A DNA stretch of 50,427 bases from Girardia tigrina. Lineage: Eukaryota. Each line of letters begins with the position of its first letter. Position 1 is the first letter of the stretch. Positions 13,270-26,050 of the stretch are shown here, piece after piece. The notes beneath the pieces are model-generated. The model saw nothing but the letters and a program-made list of their open reading frames with translations. It did not search any database and had not been told where the DNA came from. Position numbers and translations under genes: made by a program. The DNA lies in NCBI GenBank assembly GCA_001938485.1, contig MQRK01232648.1, forward strand, positions 18,802 through 69,228, given 5' to 3'.

Positions 13270-16200
13270 AATTTCCTTTAAAACTGTGGTGTTATGGACT
13301 CGAAAATGCTTTCTTAATCAACCGAAGATTCGCGAAATCTTCAAATAACTGAGATTTGAGTACTTTTTTCATGGTCCTCATGAATGTAAGTAAGTGCTCC
13401 AAACCGAAATATCCACTTCTGTTGTATTGTCTTTATGGTTGTCGTCTCGCTTCGATAATTTCCTGCTTTAAGGCTGATATATCTACTGAACATAGCTATT
13501 AATTACAGAACGTACTTTTTCCAGTTAATGATGCGTATCAGTCCCCAAAAATCTTAGTCATTCAATGATCGGTCCGCTTTCAAATTCATTGTCTTTTCTT
13601 TTGTCTTTCCTGTCTAAGTTTTCTGCTGTTAGACGTATTGTACATTACTGTATAATTGGATCTGTCATTTCATTAAACTCTTTCATTACGTTCTGTAGCC
13701 CGGCATGACAAAAGGCTTTATTTAAACATAAAACACATTCCTTTTTGAATTCTTTCGATATCAAAATCCTATTATCCATCGTTCTCATTTATCCTTTGTA
13801 CTGCTTAAATATTGTTTGTTTCCTTTCTCCTATTGCTTTAATTATTTCTCTAATCTTGTTCCTACGGGACCTAAACATTTAAAAATGTTCATGCTGTATA
13901 CAACATTGCGAACATATCATGCCATCCTTTTCAGACAGTACTACGCATTTTTGTATTATTCATCTTATATATATATATTCTAATTTCATGACTAGATTAT
14001 TCAAGAAATTCATAGAGTTCAGAAATTTGAAGGTAATCGGCTTTGTAATCAACATCATGAACTTAATCGTCTTATAGTATGTGCGAAACTTTAATCGAGC
14101 CACATACAAGTAATGCTTAAAATTTTGTGTAAAATGGAAGATCGCAAAGAATTTTTTCCTGGCGATACAGTATCTGATCTAATATTTTAACATTGACTTC
14201 GATCTGTATACAATCACTTGTTATTCCTTTTGTTATTTTTCTGTGATAGTACCGCTTCTATGGTGTCAAAAGACGCGCCTGTGTCTATAATAAATTCTTT
14301 TTCAAAATCTATATTACACAATTTTGCGTCTATCTTAATGTCTCCTTCAATTTCTAGAATGCTGTTGAGTGAGCTTCCAAAAATTGCGTAATATCTTTGT
14401 AAAAATTACGAGTAGTAATTACATAGTCCAAAGAAACTCTAATATTTCTGTTAGTTATTTGTATGCTTATCACACCAATTTATTATTTACAGTGTAACAA
14501 AATTAATCTAATGTTGCTCTTAGATGAACTTTGTTTAGATTGTATTTAAAAATATTCGTTAATAATGATAAACAAAATTGTTTTAATTGTCAATAACAAC
14601 CAAGCTATGTTAGATTCGCAAAAAGCATGTTATTTTCAACACAAAAATGTTCAAATGGTCGAGTCAATGTAGTAATAGTTTCAGACCAATAACAGTAAGA
14701 TTGTCTTTGATCTTGGATCGATAAAAACATTTGTTGGGTGGTGGATAAAACAGTTGATAATTTGAACTGAATATTTAGTTTTTTCTTGTTGATTAGACAA
14801 TGCAATATTTCAAGTTGGAATGGAAATAATCGGGATAATTAATACGATCGTATACTTTAATCCCAAATTAATTCTAATCTTCCACTTTTCATATTTATTA
14901 ATTTTACTTTTTAAATGTTATTCATTTTTTTCTAAATTATTATTGCTTAGTAGCAATGATTTAGTTATATTTAATCTTATGTTATTTAATAATATTTAAT
15001 TTTTTTCTTGTCTGAAAATGTTTTTAATCTTTTTTTAAATGAATTCTTCTTTCGTTTTATATTTCCGTCCTGAGAAATATTCTTTTTTTAATGACAATTT
15101 GAATTCAATTAAATTGATGTGAAAGGACTTTTGATTATTATCTTTTTGGCATCATATTTTCTAATCATCGTTTGATAAATCTTCTTTTTCTTTTCAGAAC
15201 AAACAACGGAATAAAATAAAATAAATAAATAACAATACATATTTTGTATATTGGGTTAGAGATTAAGATCAAGGTTCATGACTACATTTTATTTCTACTA
15301 TAACTTTCATTATACAAACAAATTTTTGAGGAACAATATTTTCAGTTTGCATAAACCAGATTTTAAAATTCTAAATATAAATATAAATATCGATATACGT
15401 AAATGTTATTTTATTAAGTTTTGTATAAATTATATTTTGTTTTTTTAACAATGTTTATTAAACTTACATATGATTTTAGATCTTTTAAATATTTTAATGA
15501 GAAATCAAATGTTAAAATTAAATTCCTAAATAATTTTTATTCCTAAATATATATCTTTCCGTGTAAATTAATTTTTGTAAAAATATGTATTTCTATTTTG
15601 ATTTTGAACTTAAATTATACACATTAATTTTAATTAGACTTTCTCTTTTTTTAACTGATATTCTAAAACTTGTGTAAAATTACTTTAACTTATCTTAACT
15701 AAATTTATGATTTTCAATTTTAAAATTTAAAAAATTAAAGTTCACGAAAACCTCCTAACATTGTACACACGAATAATAATAAAAAAAGATTCATAGAGAG
15801 AAGTACTCAATCACAATAAAGTGAATAACAATACACTTCTACTAATTAAAATTGGTGTAAGCGCCAGATTCTACTATTTCTTTTATACATTCGGGTTGTT
15901 CAAATTCCATTATCGAGATGATCTTTTCTGACTCAGTCCTGATTTCTTCTCTTTTCACTATATGACCTAAAAATCGCTACTTTTACCGGGATTTACTCGC
16001 AGTCTCACTGCTTTTATCCTCATAAATAGTTTTTCAACCTATCCAAGTGTTCTGTTTTGGTTTGCAAATACGAAAAGATGTTGTCAAAATATACCATGTC
16101 CTTCTTTTATAAAATGACTTTAAAAACATCCGTCATAAGTTTCTGAAATGTTATTGGAGCTACTGCAATACTGAATTAGATTTTCCTGAAGTGATATTGT

Positions 16201-16420
16201 CTTGTTTTAGTTGAAAACGCAGTATTTACTTTCAAGGATTCTTCTAATTCCACCTGGTAATATGTGTTTTCCGATTAATGGAACTGGATCATTCCATACC
16301 CTTCAGAAAGTCAAACATCTCGTCAATATTTAGAATAAGAAATGCAGGGTTCTCTTTAACTTGACTCAACAACCTAAAATGAAAACATAAACGGATCTCA
16401 TCTTTCTCTTTCTTCTAAAT
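13270..16420 (-). mobile_element. Degenerate Ty3/Gypsy pol (RT-RNase H-integrase), interrupted by insertions
   Basis: RT YYQVELEESLKVNTAFSTK..APITFQKLMTDVF (about 16120-16265) and FLGHIV (about 15960); RNase H DFEKEFIIDTGASFDTIEAVLSQ (about 14240-14315); integrase KWIFRFGALTYIH (about 13380-13420). Gypsy domain order; many stops and frameshifts. Confidence 0.85.
15249..15760 (+). mobile_element. Solo LTR, family B, copy 1
   Basis: TATTGGG...CCTAACA flanked by a perfect 5-bp TSD TTGTA (15244-15248, 15761-15765); colinear with 22768-23252. Transcriptional orientation not established. Confidence 0.8.
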
Positions 16421-18189
16421 GCATATTCCTTGGCAAAGAACATTTCTCTTTTATCCAATGTCTTTCTAGATTTTTGATTTAGAATTAAAATTATTAATTT
16501 TAACAATAGTTTTGATATCTTTTTAGAAATAAATAATTTGAAAGTATTATGCTGCAATTTTAACATTTTTTGGGAGAATATGATGCAAGGAACTAATAAT
16601 TAAAGCGGTTAATGAAACAATTAATGTCGAATGCAGTGACTCATCAACTTTGTTGAAAGTTTTTGCATGAACCAGTAATTGTATTATTAATTGCATAAAA
16701 GTAATTGGGCATTATGTAAATTGGATCTATGTGATCACGCCAATAAATTAATTTACGTAGAAACACGACCTGATTAGTCCTGAGTTTTGGTACAACCGAT
16801 ACATTGATCGGTTGGTTTGATCGACAGGACGATTGCCTCGTCCGTGCTGCGTCGGCAATCGCGATTTGTTTGAATATTTTAGAGATTATATTTTTATTTA
16901 AAAGAATGCTTAATCGACAACCATATTTTATATTTTTTTAATGTAATAAAACAAGTCTTTATTTTCAAAGTTTTTTTTATTATTATCACGATGTGGTTTT
17001 GTATTTAATGTTTTTATGTTTTATCATAATTTTTATTTAATATTTTACTGTATTTTTGTTTAATATTTTAATATGATTTTTAAAGTATTTTAAAAGTAAT
17101 TGAACATATATAATCTTAACAGCTAGGTTCATAAGAACTTGAAGTTGATAGATATTCCATCGAATAATATTGCGGTAATAAAATGTTGTGTTGGAAAATG
17201 GTGTCTTTTAATTTATAAAAAATCATTTGCCAATGTTTTTCAAATAAATTAATGTTATTAAATGATTATGTAAAAAAATATTTAAAATTTTCTAAATTTA
17301 TATTTTATATTTATCACCGGGTCAACTTATGAATCAACCTTGGACTCTCCTTCTCTATTTGTATAAAAAGTATATTTGTGTGTATCATTTAAAATAAAAT
17401 AAAATTGATAAAACTTTTTTGTCTTACAATAATTAAATATTTTTTCGAACATTTTCATAAAATAACATCATTTCTTAAATTTAGAAAGTCCTTGATTGTC
17501 TTTTTTTCTTTAGAAGACTTCTTTCAGTAGATTCTTAAGTTTGTAATAAAAAGTAGTATATTAATTCTAAATTTTTATAAAAATAAAATTTTGAATTATA
17601 TTCAGGCATTCCGTTTTATCTTCTTTTCTTAAATAAAATAACTGTCAAAAAATTTTAAACGATCAAGAGTGAATTTAATCAACCTCAAATCCGGCAGTTC
17701 ATTCTTTCATATCCTCTCTCTAGGGGGATCTTCCCTCTCCACTGAGATTCTTTTGTTTAAGCTCCTGATTATAATTTTGACAATTACTTTCACTTAGTTG
17801 CGTAAATTAGTTATCTCTTACAAATTTTATTCCGACTGAAATATTATTGTTGAATCTTATTTTCAAATCAAAGATAATACAATTGAAGAGCGTAGAAACG
17901 GAGAATGTTGAGGTATATATGAATGTAAATGTAAATTGTTATAAGTGTCCTATTTTATTTATTATACTTATAACAAATACATATACGACCCTCAAAATTA
18001 TTCGGATTCGTAGTACAATATCTGACTAAAAATATGCAGAAGGCAATTTTATTTATATATAATTTATGCAGTGCGGTCAATGAGTCTTTGGATTAACTGA
18101 TAAATGAATTTGTGATAGCAAAAACGATGTTACCATATATAAATGTCAATTTGTAGTACGTGCAGTGTAATAGACACTCGTGGACAGTT

Positions 18190-19100
18190 ATAGATATCCC
18201 AGAAAACTCCCATTTCCGTGCTTTATATTGGTTTGCCTTCTATATATGTATCCATGGAATTTATAAATCTATTTTGAAGTATTTTTACTCAATCAATTTT
18301 CTCCAAACTTTGCAAATTTACTCATTTTTGAATAAAATAAATGATTATGTGAAAATTTGATCAGAAAAAAATAATTAAGTTAACTAAATTTCAATTTTCA
18401 ATTCTCAATACATTTTACAATAGACAAGAGGTGTATGTGTTAGTGTTTTCACGAATTTTGTTGATCAACTAGAGTTCCGTCCGCATAAAGCATGGATATA
18501 AAACTTTTTTTTGATTTACTAGTTTCCATGTAATATATGATTTAATCGTCGAAGTAAAGAAGTTTTATCAACGTTGCATTTCGTCAGAAAGATTGACAGC
18601 ACCAAAATTTACAAAGAACTACAAGAAGCCTCTAAAAGGATTATTCATAATGTGCGACTATCTATAACAAGAATCGGGCTACCGTGAAATCAATTTAAAT
18701 GATTTCCTTGACAAAGGAAGGACGATAAATGATCCATAATATTCTGAGCTATTCAGCAAAATTTGTTAACTGCGACGCAATTCAAATAGCAGTAAAAATG
18801 GACGAATTTAGAACTCGGAACTGCTGCACCATCCACTGTACAGTCTAGATGTTTGCACTTTTTAGTACCTTCAAGAAGAGTCTTAAAGGTCAAAATTTTT
18901 TCAACTGCAGCATATTTGAAAGAGGAAATCAAAAATATTTTATATCATTCAAATCTGAGTTTTTATATTCAATTGATGATACAATACATTGTTGACGGAA
19001 TAATTGTTGATTATCGAGGAATAAGGATCATATGTTGAGAAATTAATTTGTCTGTTCAATTGTAATCTTTAAGAAAAATTTCATTTCATGTTAAGTCGAA
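18190..19100 (+). mobile_element. Degenerate mariner element
   Basis: DFLDKGRTIN (about 18700-18730) and ELLHHPLYSLDV (about 18817-18852) correspond to mariner DYL..G.TI and HPPYSPDL motifs. The 5' part (about 18210-18520) recurs at about 47095-47353 and 49095-49125. Confidence 0.7.
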
Positions 19101-19119
19101 AGATTTATTAAGGTTAAAG

Positions 19120-19215
19120 AGTATCAATCTAGTTCATCAATTCAAATGCTACAAGTGCGAAGCCTCATATGTTGGATAAATAATTCGTCATCATTGCATA
19201 GAAACATTTAACACA
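19120..19215 (+). mobile_element. PLE GIY-YIG endonuclease fragment
   Basis: INLVHQFKCYKCEASYVG*IIRH matches the PLE VY.F.C..C..SYIG.T.RH pattern. Confidence 0.7.
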
Positions 19216-20065
19216 CTCAATCAAGTAGAAACAGTATAAATTTATTAAACTTTCACTATTAAAATTTATCTCTGAGATTGAATACTATTAATCTTAGTTT
19301 AACTTTACTTTAAATTTAATTAATAATAAACCTTTTATTTTCAAAATAATATCGTTTAAAATATTAACCCGAATTATTGTTTTTTAATCGGTTCAACTTC
19401 TTTATTTCTTATTTTAAAATGTTTACTAAATATTTTCTTTTTAAAAATCTATCGATTTTAATTGATCTAAAGTTTTTAAACTTACGTTTTGTTTATTTCA
19501 CTTAATTTGCAGTTTTTTTAGTTTTTTTAAAAATCTTTTTTTATCCCTTTTTAGATTTTATTTTTATTTTTTTTGTTTTTATATAATTATTTAAATTTTG
19601 TTGGTTTTTTAAAAATCATTTCGATTAGTTTTTCTAGGTTTGTAAAATTTATGAATTTTTCATGTTTTAATTAATTACTAGAATTTTAAATTGAAAATTT
19701 TTATAAATTATTTGGCGAATTGAAAATTTTAAATTACTCCTCCTAATTATTGCAATTATTATTACAAATAACAAAATCTATCAATGCCTCAATGGAATTT
19801 CGATAATTTAGTTTCTCTTTTATCATAGAAGTTATAAAACCGATTGTCAAGCTTAATTAAGTTTAAATAATGAATAATAATCAACAATTGAATCTTGTCA
19901 AAAAGGAAAAAATTCACTTTTACGGCTTTTCATACTTTTTATAAAATTATTTTATTATTAATTTTAAAAAATATAAATACGCCCACTGAATTGAACATTA
20001 ACTTAAAAATGATTAGTGTTCATATTTTAGAGATTTAACACTGTTTATTTAAAAAAAAAACGTTG

Positions 20066-20560
20066 CATTAAGAACATTTAGACAAGTCGCATTTGAATGT
20101 TTATTACAATCACATTTAGAGTCATTGTGACTCTCAGAAAGTCTTTCATCGTTTGCCATCGTTCTAATTGGTTTTCTTATTTCTGTTTTTAATTATGATT
20201 ATTCGAACAATTTTTCTAAGTCATTTTTTAAATATATTAATTAATATCAATTAAAAGTAATAATTTTTACCATTTCTCAATAAATCCAAAAATAATAAAA
20301 ATGTTATCAAATTATTAAAAATACATTTAATTTAAATTTTACCAAAAAATATTAAACTTAATTTTAATTGTTAAATGAAAAATATGAACTTATAAAATGA
20401 TTATTTTAATTATGTTCGAATAATCAATCACTTTAAATTTAAATAAAAGATACCAATTTCCATCTGGGTGGGAGAATCACCGTTCTAAATTCAACATACT
20501 TAAATCAACATACAACATCAATACATTTACACATTCAGACAATTTAAAATATTCCTCACA
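20066..20560 (+). mobile_element. Solo LTR, family A, full length (~495 bp)
   Basis: CATTAAGAAC...ATTCCTCACA with TSD CGTTG/GGTTG (4 of 5 match). AATAAA lies just upstream of CCATCTGGGTGGGAGAA. Colinear with the 47354-49094 and 29941-30423 copies. Confidence 0.8.
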
Positions 20561-20775
20561 GGTTGAATATTGAAATACAACACAAATAATATAAATTTAT
20601 GAAACAAAACAAAACTTTATTTCCTGATTTTCCTAATAAAATCTGTTATTTTTAATTTTTTCACTCTTTTGTTGAATTATAAGTTTGTTTAAATCCTAAA
20701 CTTTTTCTAAACCCTCAATTTTATTGTTCATGAACAAAACTTGCAATTCTTCTGTTTTTAAACACGTTTTTATAA

Positions 20776-20893
20776 ACTTCTCATTATCCATGGATCTCAT
20801 AATATTTACAGTCGTATGCTTAATAATAATAATATTTACAGTATATTAAGCATAGGACTGTAAATATTATGAGATCCATGGATAATGAGAAGT
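20776..20893. repeat. 50-bp inverted repeat (fold-back hairpin)
   Basis: Arms 20776-20825 and 20844-20893 are reverse complements with one mismatch; 18-nt loop. Confidence 0.9.
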
Positions 20894-21469
20894 ATAGGAC
20901 TGTAAATATTATATTAATTATCTTTACTGGAACGATATTTTTTATTAACTTATTCGTCCTAAAAGAGATTCATGAATAATAAAACGATTTGCATCTTGAA
21001 AATAAGTTTGATAGATTCGATTTGATCCAAAGTCAGGAATAAAGCATATTACAAATAGAAAATTTCTTAAGATGTGTTTTTAAGGCATCAACGTAAGTAT
21101 CAAAATTTGTCTTCAAGATTTATGAAACGTATCACAAGGTAGTACAATATTCTTTATCGCTTAGAGCACCTAATACCACACCTGTAGGAAAAACATTTGT
21201 TTTCAATAGAGTCACTTGTTACTTCCTTCGTTATCCATTTAGGTCTGCTGAAAGATTATTTCTAACTATGCGTGTACTGTGTTTTTTTCTATGTGCACTT
21301 ATTTCATGTGGCTTTTTTTCTGGTTACCCCGTGTTTCACATTTTACCTTACAATATATGTTTCTACTGTCTTCCCAGTAAAAAACTAAAAGATTTTATGA
21401 AACTAAAGTGTATTTAATAAAGCACGTGATAAAGCCAAATAAATATATTTGCATAAATAAGCTTGCTGT

Positions 21470-22330
21470 TCAGAGGCGTTCAAAGTGTCTTCCTTCATTG
21501 TTTCAACACTTTTGAAGACGTAGAATCGAGGAAGCGGTGGCCTTAAGAATTACTTCCATATCGATGTTCTTCCATGCGAGTAGTAAAGTCCTTTTAAGTT
21601 CATGAAACGTGATAATATCGCAGCGTACTGCTTGCAAGTGTTGAAGAAGAATTCCCCAGATGCTATAATCCATAACAATGAGGTCAGAACTTTTCGATGG
21701 CCACTCAGAAGACCTGGTAAACTGAGGTGTGTTCTTTTTTAACTAGTTAACTGTAACCGTAGCCATATTAAGTTTTGCACTATCTTGTTGCAAAATCTAT
21801 TGTTTAGCGCCCTAAACATCAAGGAACAATCTTATCTCGATATACCGTTTAGTTGATGGTTTTATTCTTTCTTTTTGAAGGAACCGCATTATCTTGCCCT
21901 TCAGCAAATCCCTCGAGGAAACCTAACTCAGTTTTCCCGCGCCAAGATAAACGAGCATAGGTCATTACTGATGGTTATTGTTTATAAACTTCCACCACAA
22001 GCTCATGTTTAGGTATCTCAGTTTTAAATTCAACTGCTCATTCAAATGTTCATTCTATATCTTCAAAGTAGGATTTCTGTTGAAGGTAGCCTCATCTAAG
22101 AACTATACAGTTTTCTACTTTTCATCAACTCCATATCAATTAATGAGTTCTGTTGATTTTGAAACCCGATTCTGTTTATGACATTTAATTCTGTTTATAA
22201 CATTTCAAGCGACTTTCCTTTAAAATATTGAACCCTGATTGCTTTGAAATATGTAATGCAGATGCGATTTATCGTTAACTGATGTGGCGATGGCCAGAAA
22301 TGTTCTCTGCAGGCACTGCTATTCTGAGAA
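21470..22330 (-). mobile_element. Degenerate DD37D (maT/Bmmar1-like) transposase
   Basis: FLDEATF (about 22085-22102), then QQDSAK...EWPSKSSDLIVMDYSIWG with 37 residues between the 2nd and 3rd D; internal stops. Confidence 0.8.
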
Positions 22331-22767
22331 TGGCTTTTTTAACTGGAGATTGAAGTTTTGTTTTCCTTTCTTACGCAGTTTGGCATCGGCTACACCAATA
22401 TTCTTCAGTTTATTACACACAGCATAAAACTTATTTTCAGTAATATCAACGACCAACTGGGGAAGAACTTTTGTGCACTTCTGTAAGCACCAAGTAAGGT
22501 GTTTCTTCTTAAAAAGAGAAATAACACTGTATTGGAAATCAGTCAATTGTGGAGCCAGTTTCTAAAGAGAAAATAAATAATAGAATACGTTCTGTGCTTC
22601 ATAACTATATGACAGAAATATTAACCAATGAGAGATAATCAATCACGCCTTTATCATGTGCTTAATTAAATTCACTTTGGTTTCATAAATTACTTTAGTT
22701 TTCTACTGTATTTATAGTAACATCATTATAGTTTGCACACATTCTTTTATATGTTTATCTTAAGACT

Positions 22768-23252
22768 TATTGGGTTTGAGATTAAGATCAAGATTCAATA
22801 ATAAAAGTTTTATTTCTACCACATATTATATTTTACAAACAAATTTATGAGGAACAATATTTTCAATTTGCATAAACCAGATTTTAAAAAAATTCTAAGT
22901 ATAAATATCAATATAATAATTGATGATATAACATTGATTTTATTTTAAGATTTGTATAATAAATTAAAAATTTATTTATAATTTTTGTTAATTTGAAATA
23001 TTTATTTTTAACATTAAGTACAAAAATTATTTCCGATTTAAATTTAAATGTTAAAAATCGTTTTTCTAAAATATTTATTTTCACTTTTGATTTTAACATT
23101 AACTGTAAAAATCCTTTTCAATTAAAATTTCCCTTTTTAAATTACTTTTCTAAAAACTTATGTAAATAAATTATTTGAACTTATTTTAATTATAAATATG
23201 ATTTTACATTTTAAATATTCAAAAATTTAAAGTTCCCCAAAAGTTCCTAACA
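22768..23252 (+). mobile_element. Solo LTR, family B, copy 2
   Basis: TATTGGG...CCTAACA with TSD AGACT/AGAGT (4 of 5 match); homologous to 15249-15760. Confidence 0.8.
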
Positions 23253-23559
23253 AGAGTTATTGACCACAGGATTGAAACCCAAAATGTTCAAGATCACTAT
23301 TTTTATGTACTCCTAGGTACTATGAATTTTCTATTGACGGTGATTGTTGATGTTGAGGAATTATGAACTACACTGTGTAACTTCCTAATTTGAGCTAAAT
23401 TTGAATATTCCTCTGCTCAACTAATTAATAATTTCGTTGATTAAAATAAGACGAATAAGTTTTATTTTATGACTTAAAATTTTTAAATAGTTATTAAACA
23501 ATTATTAATAAATATAATATAGAGTTAAATTACTGTAAAATTTTAAGATATCTAAATTT

Positions 23560-23880
23560 AAAAGGCCTATTCTGAGTTAAAGTAATCTTTGGATTTATTC
23601 AGCAGAAGAGTCATAATATTTCCTTAAACATTAAATGCTATCTATTCATTAATGTCAGGTGGCCTATGGAGGACATTCTCAGCTCATTTATACTTCCCAT
23701 CTCTCTGCCAGTTTAAGTCTATGTTAGGTTGTTATTTTAATTTCACTTTAATTTGATATGGAATCTGTGTTTATCAGGCAAGAAAGTCTCTCTTTATTAT
23801 TGTTGACACATTCTTTAGAACTCATTGCATTTGTGAAGTTAGTTTCAATGAACAAAAGTCATAAGAACTCAATTAGAAGC
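23560..23880 (-). mobile_element. Possible LINE (CR1/L2-like) AP-endonuclease remnant
   Basis: LLFIETN, VLHRPPD and a weak GDFN-like segment appear in the expected order; heavily degraded. Confidence 0.3.
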
Positions 23881-24329
23881 GAAAGAAACTGAAAAATAAA
23901 ATTTTCGCTAATGAAATACAAAAAAAAACAATTTTGAATACCTCTCCGGGTGAATGACTAATTTAATGTCTCTTTTCAAATTTTATTTCTTTAAACATTG
24001 ATAAAAAAGTCTTTTAATACGAAGCGCGGTGATTATTTGTACCGATTGCTTCGGTAACCGCTGTTAAGATAAGACTGCTTTTAAGGATATGTTAGGTTTA
24101 ATAAATTTTTGTTGCAGCGAAGTAAATGAAAATGTAAAATCAATTTAGTATACATTAAATAAATCTTTTATTAAAGGATGTATTTCATTCTAATATGTAT
24201 TCATAAAACCAATTTAAGTTTTATTATTAGAAAATAATTGAGTACAAAAGTTTATTAAAAAGGTCCTAACTTAAAAAGCATAACACATCATGAAATATTA
24301 TGCCTTCAAGTATGAAATATGTAGAACTA

Positions 24330-25314
24330 TATTCAAAGTTAATAGATAATTTACCAATACAAATATTTATTCTATTCATCAATATGTACCCATGTTATCG
24401 ACACACTTTTGCCATTTGAGCGGTAATTTGTAAACATGTTTTTGAATAAACATTTCATGTGCGAGGATCTATAATTTCCTGGAAGGACATTTGTATTGCT
24501 TCTTAAAATTTAATCTCTTTCTACCAAAACGTTTGTCAAATTGATAAAGCAATGATAGTAAATTGGGGCTAGGTCTGGTGAGTAGCGAGGATGACGAAGA
24601 AGTTCCAACTCAATTTCCTGTAGTTTTTGTCACGGTCTTAAGTCCAGTGTGTGGTTTTCAATTGTTGTGAAGCAAGATATGAGTCAACTTTTCTTACTAA
24701 ACGCTGCTGTTTTCTTTGAGTTTCTGCATCATATCTTCCAGATTGTTGCAGTAGACATCTGCTGAAATCGACGAACCAGTTTCACCAAACATTCACGATC
24801 AGCTTATTTTGATAAATCTTGTGCTTTGGACGGTGTTTTAGTGCTTCATTCGTATCCACTTAGCTTGCTATACGTTTGCAATTATTATATTTGATCCATT
24901 TTTTATGATATTTTCCTTTACATTTATAAAGAAAAAGCATCATCAAGCAAGCATCCTTCGGTTTGTTATTGTCTACCTGCGTTCTTGGGTGATCTCAAGA
25001 TTCATTATTGAGATTAAAATTATCTTTCACGAATTTCTTGAACCAATTTGTGACTGTCTGCTGCGTTTTATGTCTGATGCAAAAGTTCCACGTAGGAACT
25101 CGTACTTCATAACAGTTTAAATTTATGCTCATTTTTTAAAATACTGATTTTTAAAACAAGAATCACTTATTTTAATTAATATTTGTGTTCAATATCCAAG
25201 GTATGTATCAATCAAGCACAAAAAACTGAGCAACAAAATGCTAAGTCATTGTCAAATTATAACTATTTGACTTTATTGTAATCATGTCTATAAATCTCAT
25301 AATTGACAACCTGA
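24330..25314 (-). mobile_element. Degenerate mariner element
   Basis: ELELLRHPRYSPDLAPIYYH (about 24550-24615) is the mariner YSPDLAP motif; TIR-like TATCAGGTTGTCAATTATGAG at the right end. Confidence 0.8.
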
Positions 25315-25918
25315 TAATTCTAAGGGTTTGTTCTCATGTACCTAAAATAATATGAATAAAAGGTAGATCAAAAGGAGAAGATAGAATAATGTCTATGAAA
25401 CAAGGAATGTGTTTGATATTTTGTAAGTCAAAGCAATAAATTTTATTGTAAGACTTGTCATTTTATTTTTCTCATTTCCATAGAGATTCCAAATTTTTGA
25501 TTAATTCTTTTCTTAAAAATTATCGTACTCAACATATTGACAAATACGTTTCCTTCTTGACAAAGCTTGTCCACACTCATCAAAAATCATTAAAGAAAAA
25601 CTGCAGGAAATTGGATAAAATCTGCTCTCGCGTCTACCATATTCCCCGATGAAGATTTTCCATAATGCAGAGGAAGTATAGGAAGTTTCATTGAAAGACC
25701 AAAATGTCTTCGCCAATCGCTAACTACAGGGGTTACTATTTTACACATTTAAAAGACTGATGAATAAGTTGTAACTGTTTTTTTGGTTTATTTCATTCAA
25801 TGTAAAATGTCGGGAAAATATTTCTGGTCAACCCTGCAATAATATTATACAATTAATTTAGAAATTTATTTCCAGTGAGTTTTCTTGTCTATCCAATATT
25901 TTTTTACTTGATAAGTTT

Positions 25919-26050
25919 TGTGAGGAATATTTTTGAATAATGTTTATTGTATTTTGTGTTAAATATGTTGTTTTTAGGATTACGTTTTTCCCACCCAAAT
26001 GGAAGATTGATATTTTGAATGTTTATAATGTCGGATTAGTCTGACAATTT
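25919..26050 (-). mobile_element. Diverged family A-related LTR end
   Basis: TGTGAGGAATAT...TTCCCACCCAAATGGAAGATTGATAT; weak similarity continues to about 26490. Confidence 0.6.

Noticed and set aside
14270-14290. DTGAS as a retroviral aspartic protease active site
   Set aside because: Context (FIIDTGASFDTIEAVLSQ) and position after RT show it is a mutated RNase H DTDAS motif.
20066-20560. Family A repeats read as exons of a Cys-containing gene family (e.g. SKCDCNKKSNETCLNVLN, LPPRWKIDIL)
   Set aside because: Frames are not preserved between copies, stops are frequent, and inverted termini plus 5-bp TSDs define the unit as a solo LTR.
19637-20564. Alternative 920-bp LTR boundary with a GGTT 4-bp TSD
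   Set aside because: Homology with other copies stops at 20066, where a 5-bp TSD fits; the 4-bp match is likely chance.
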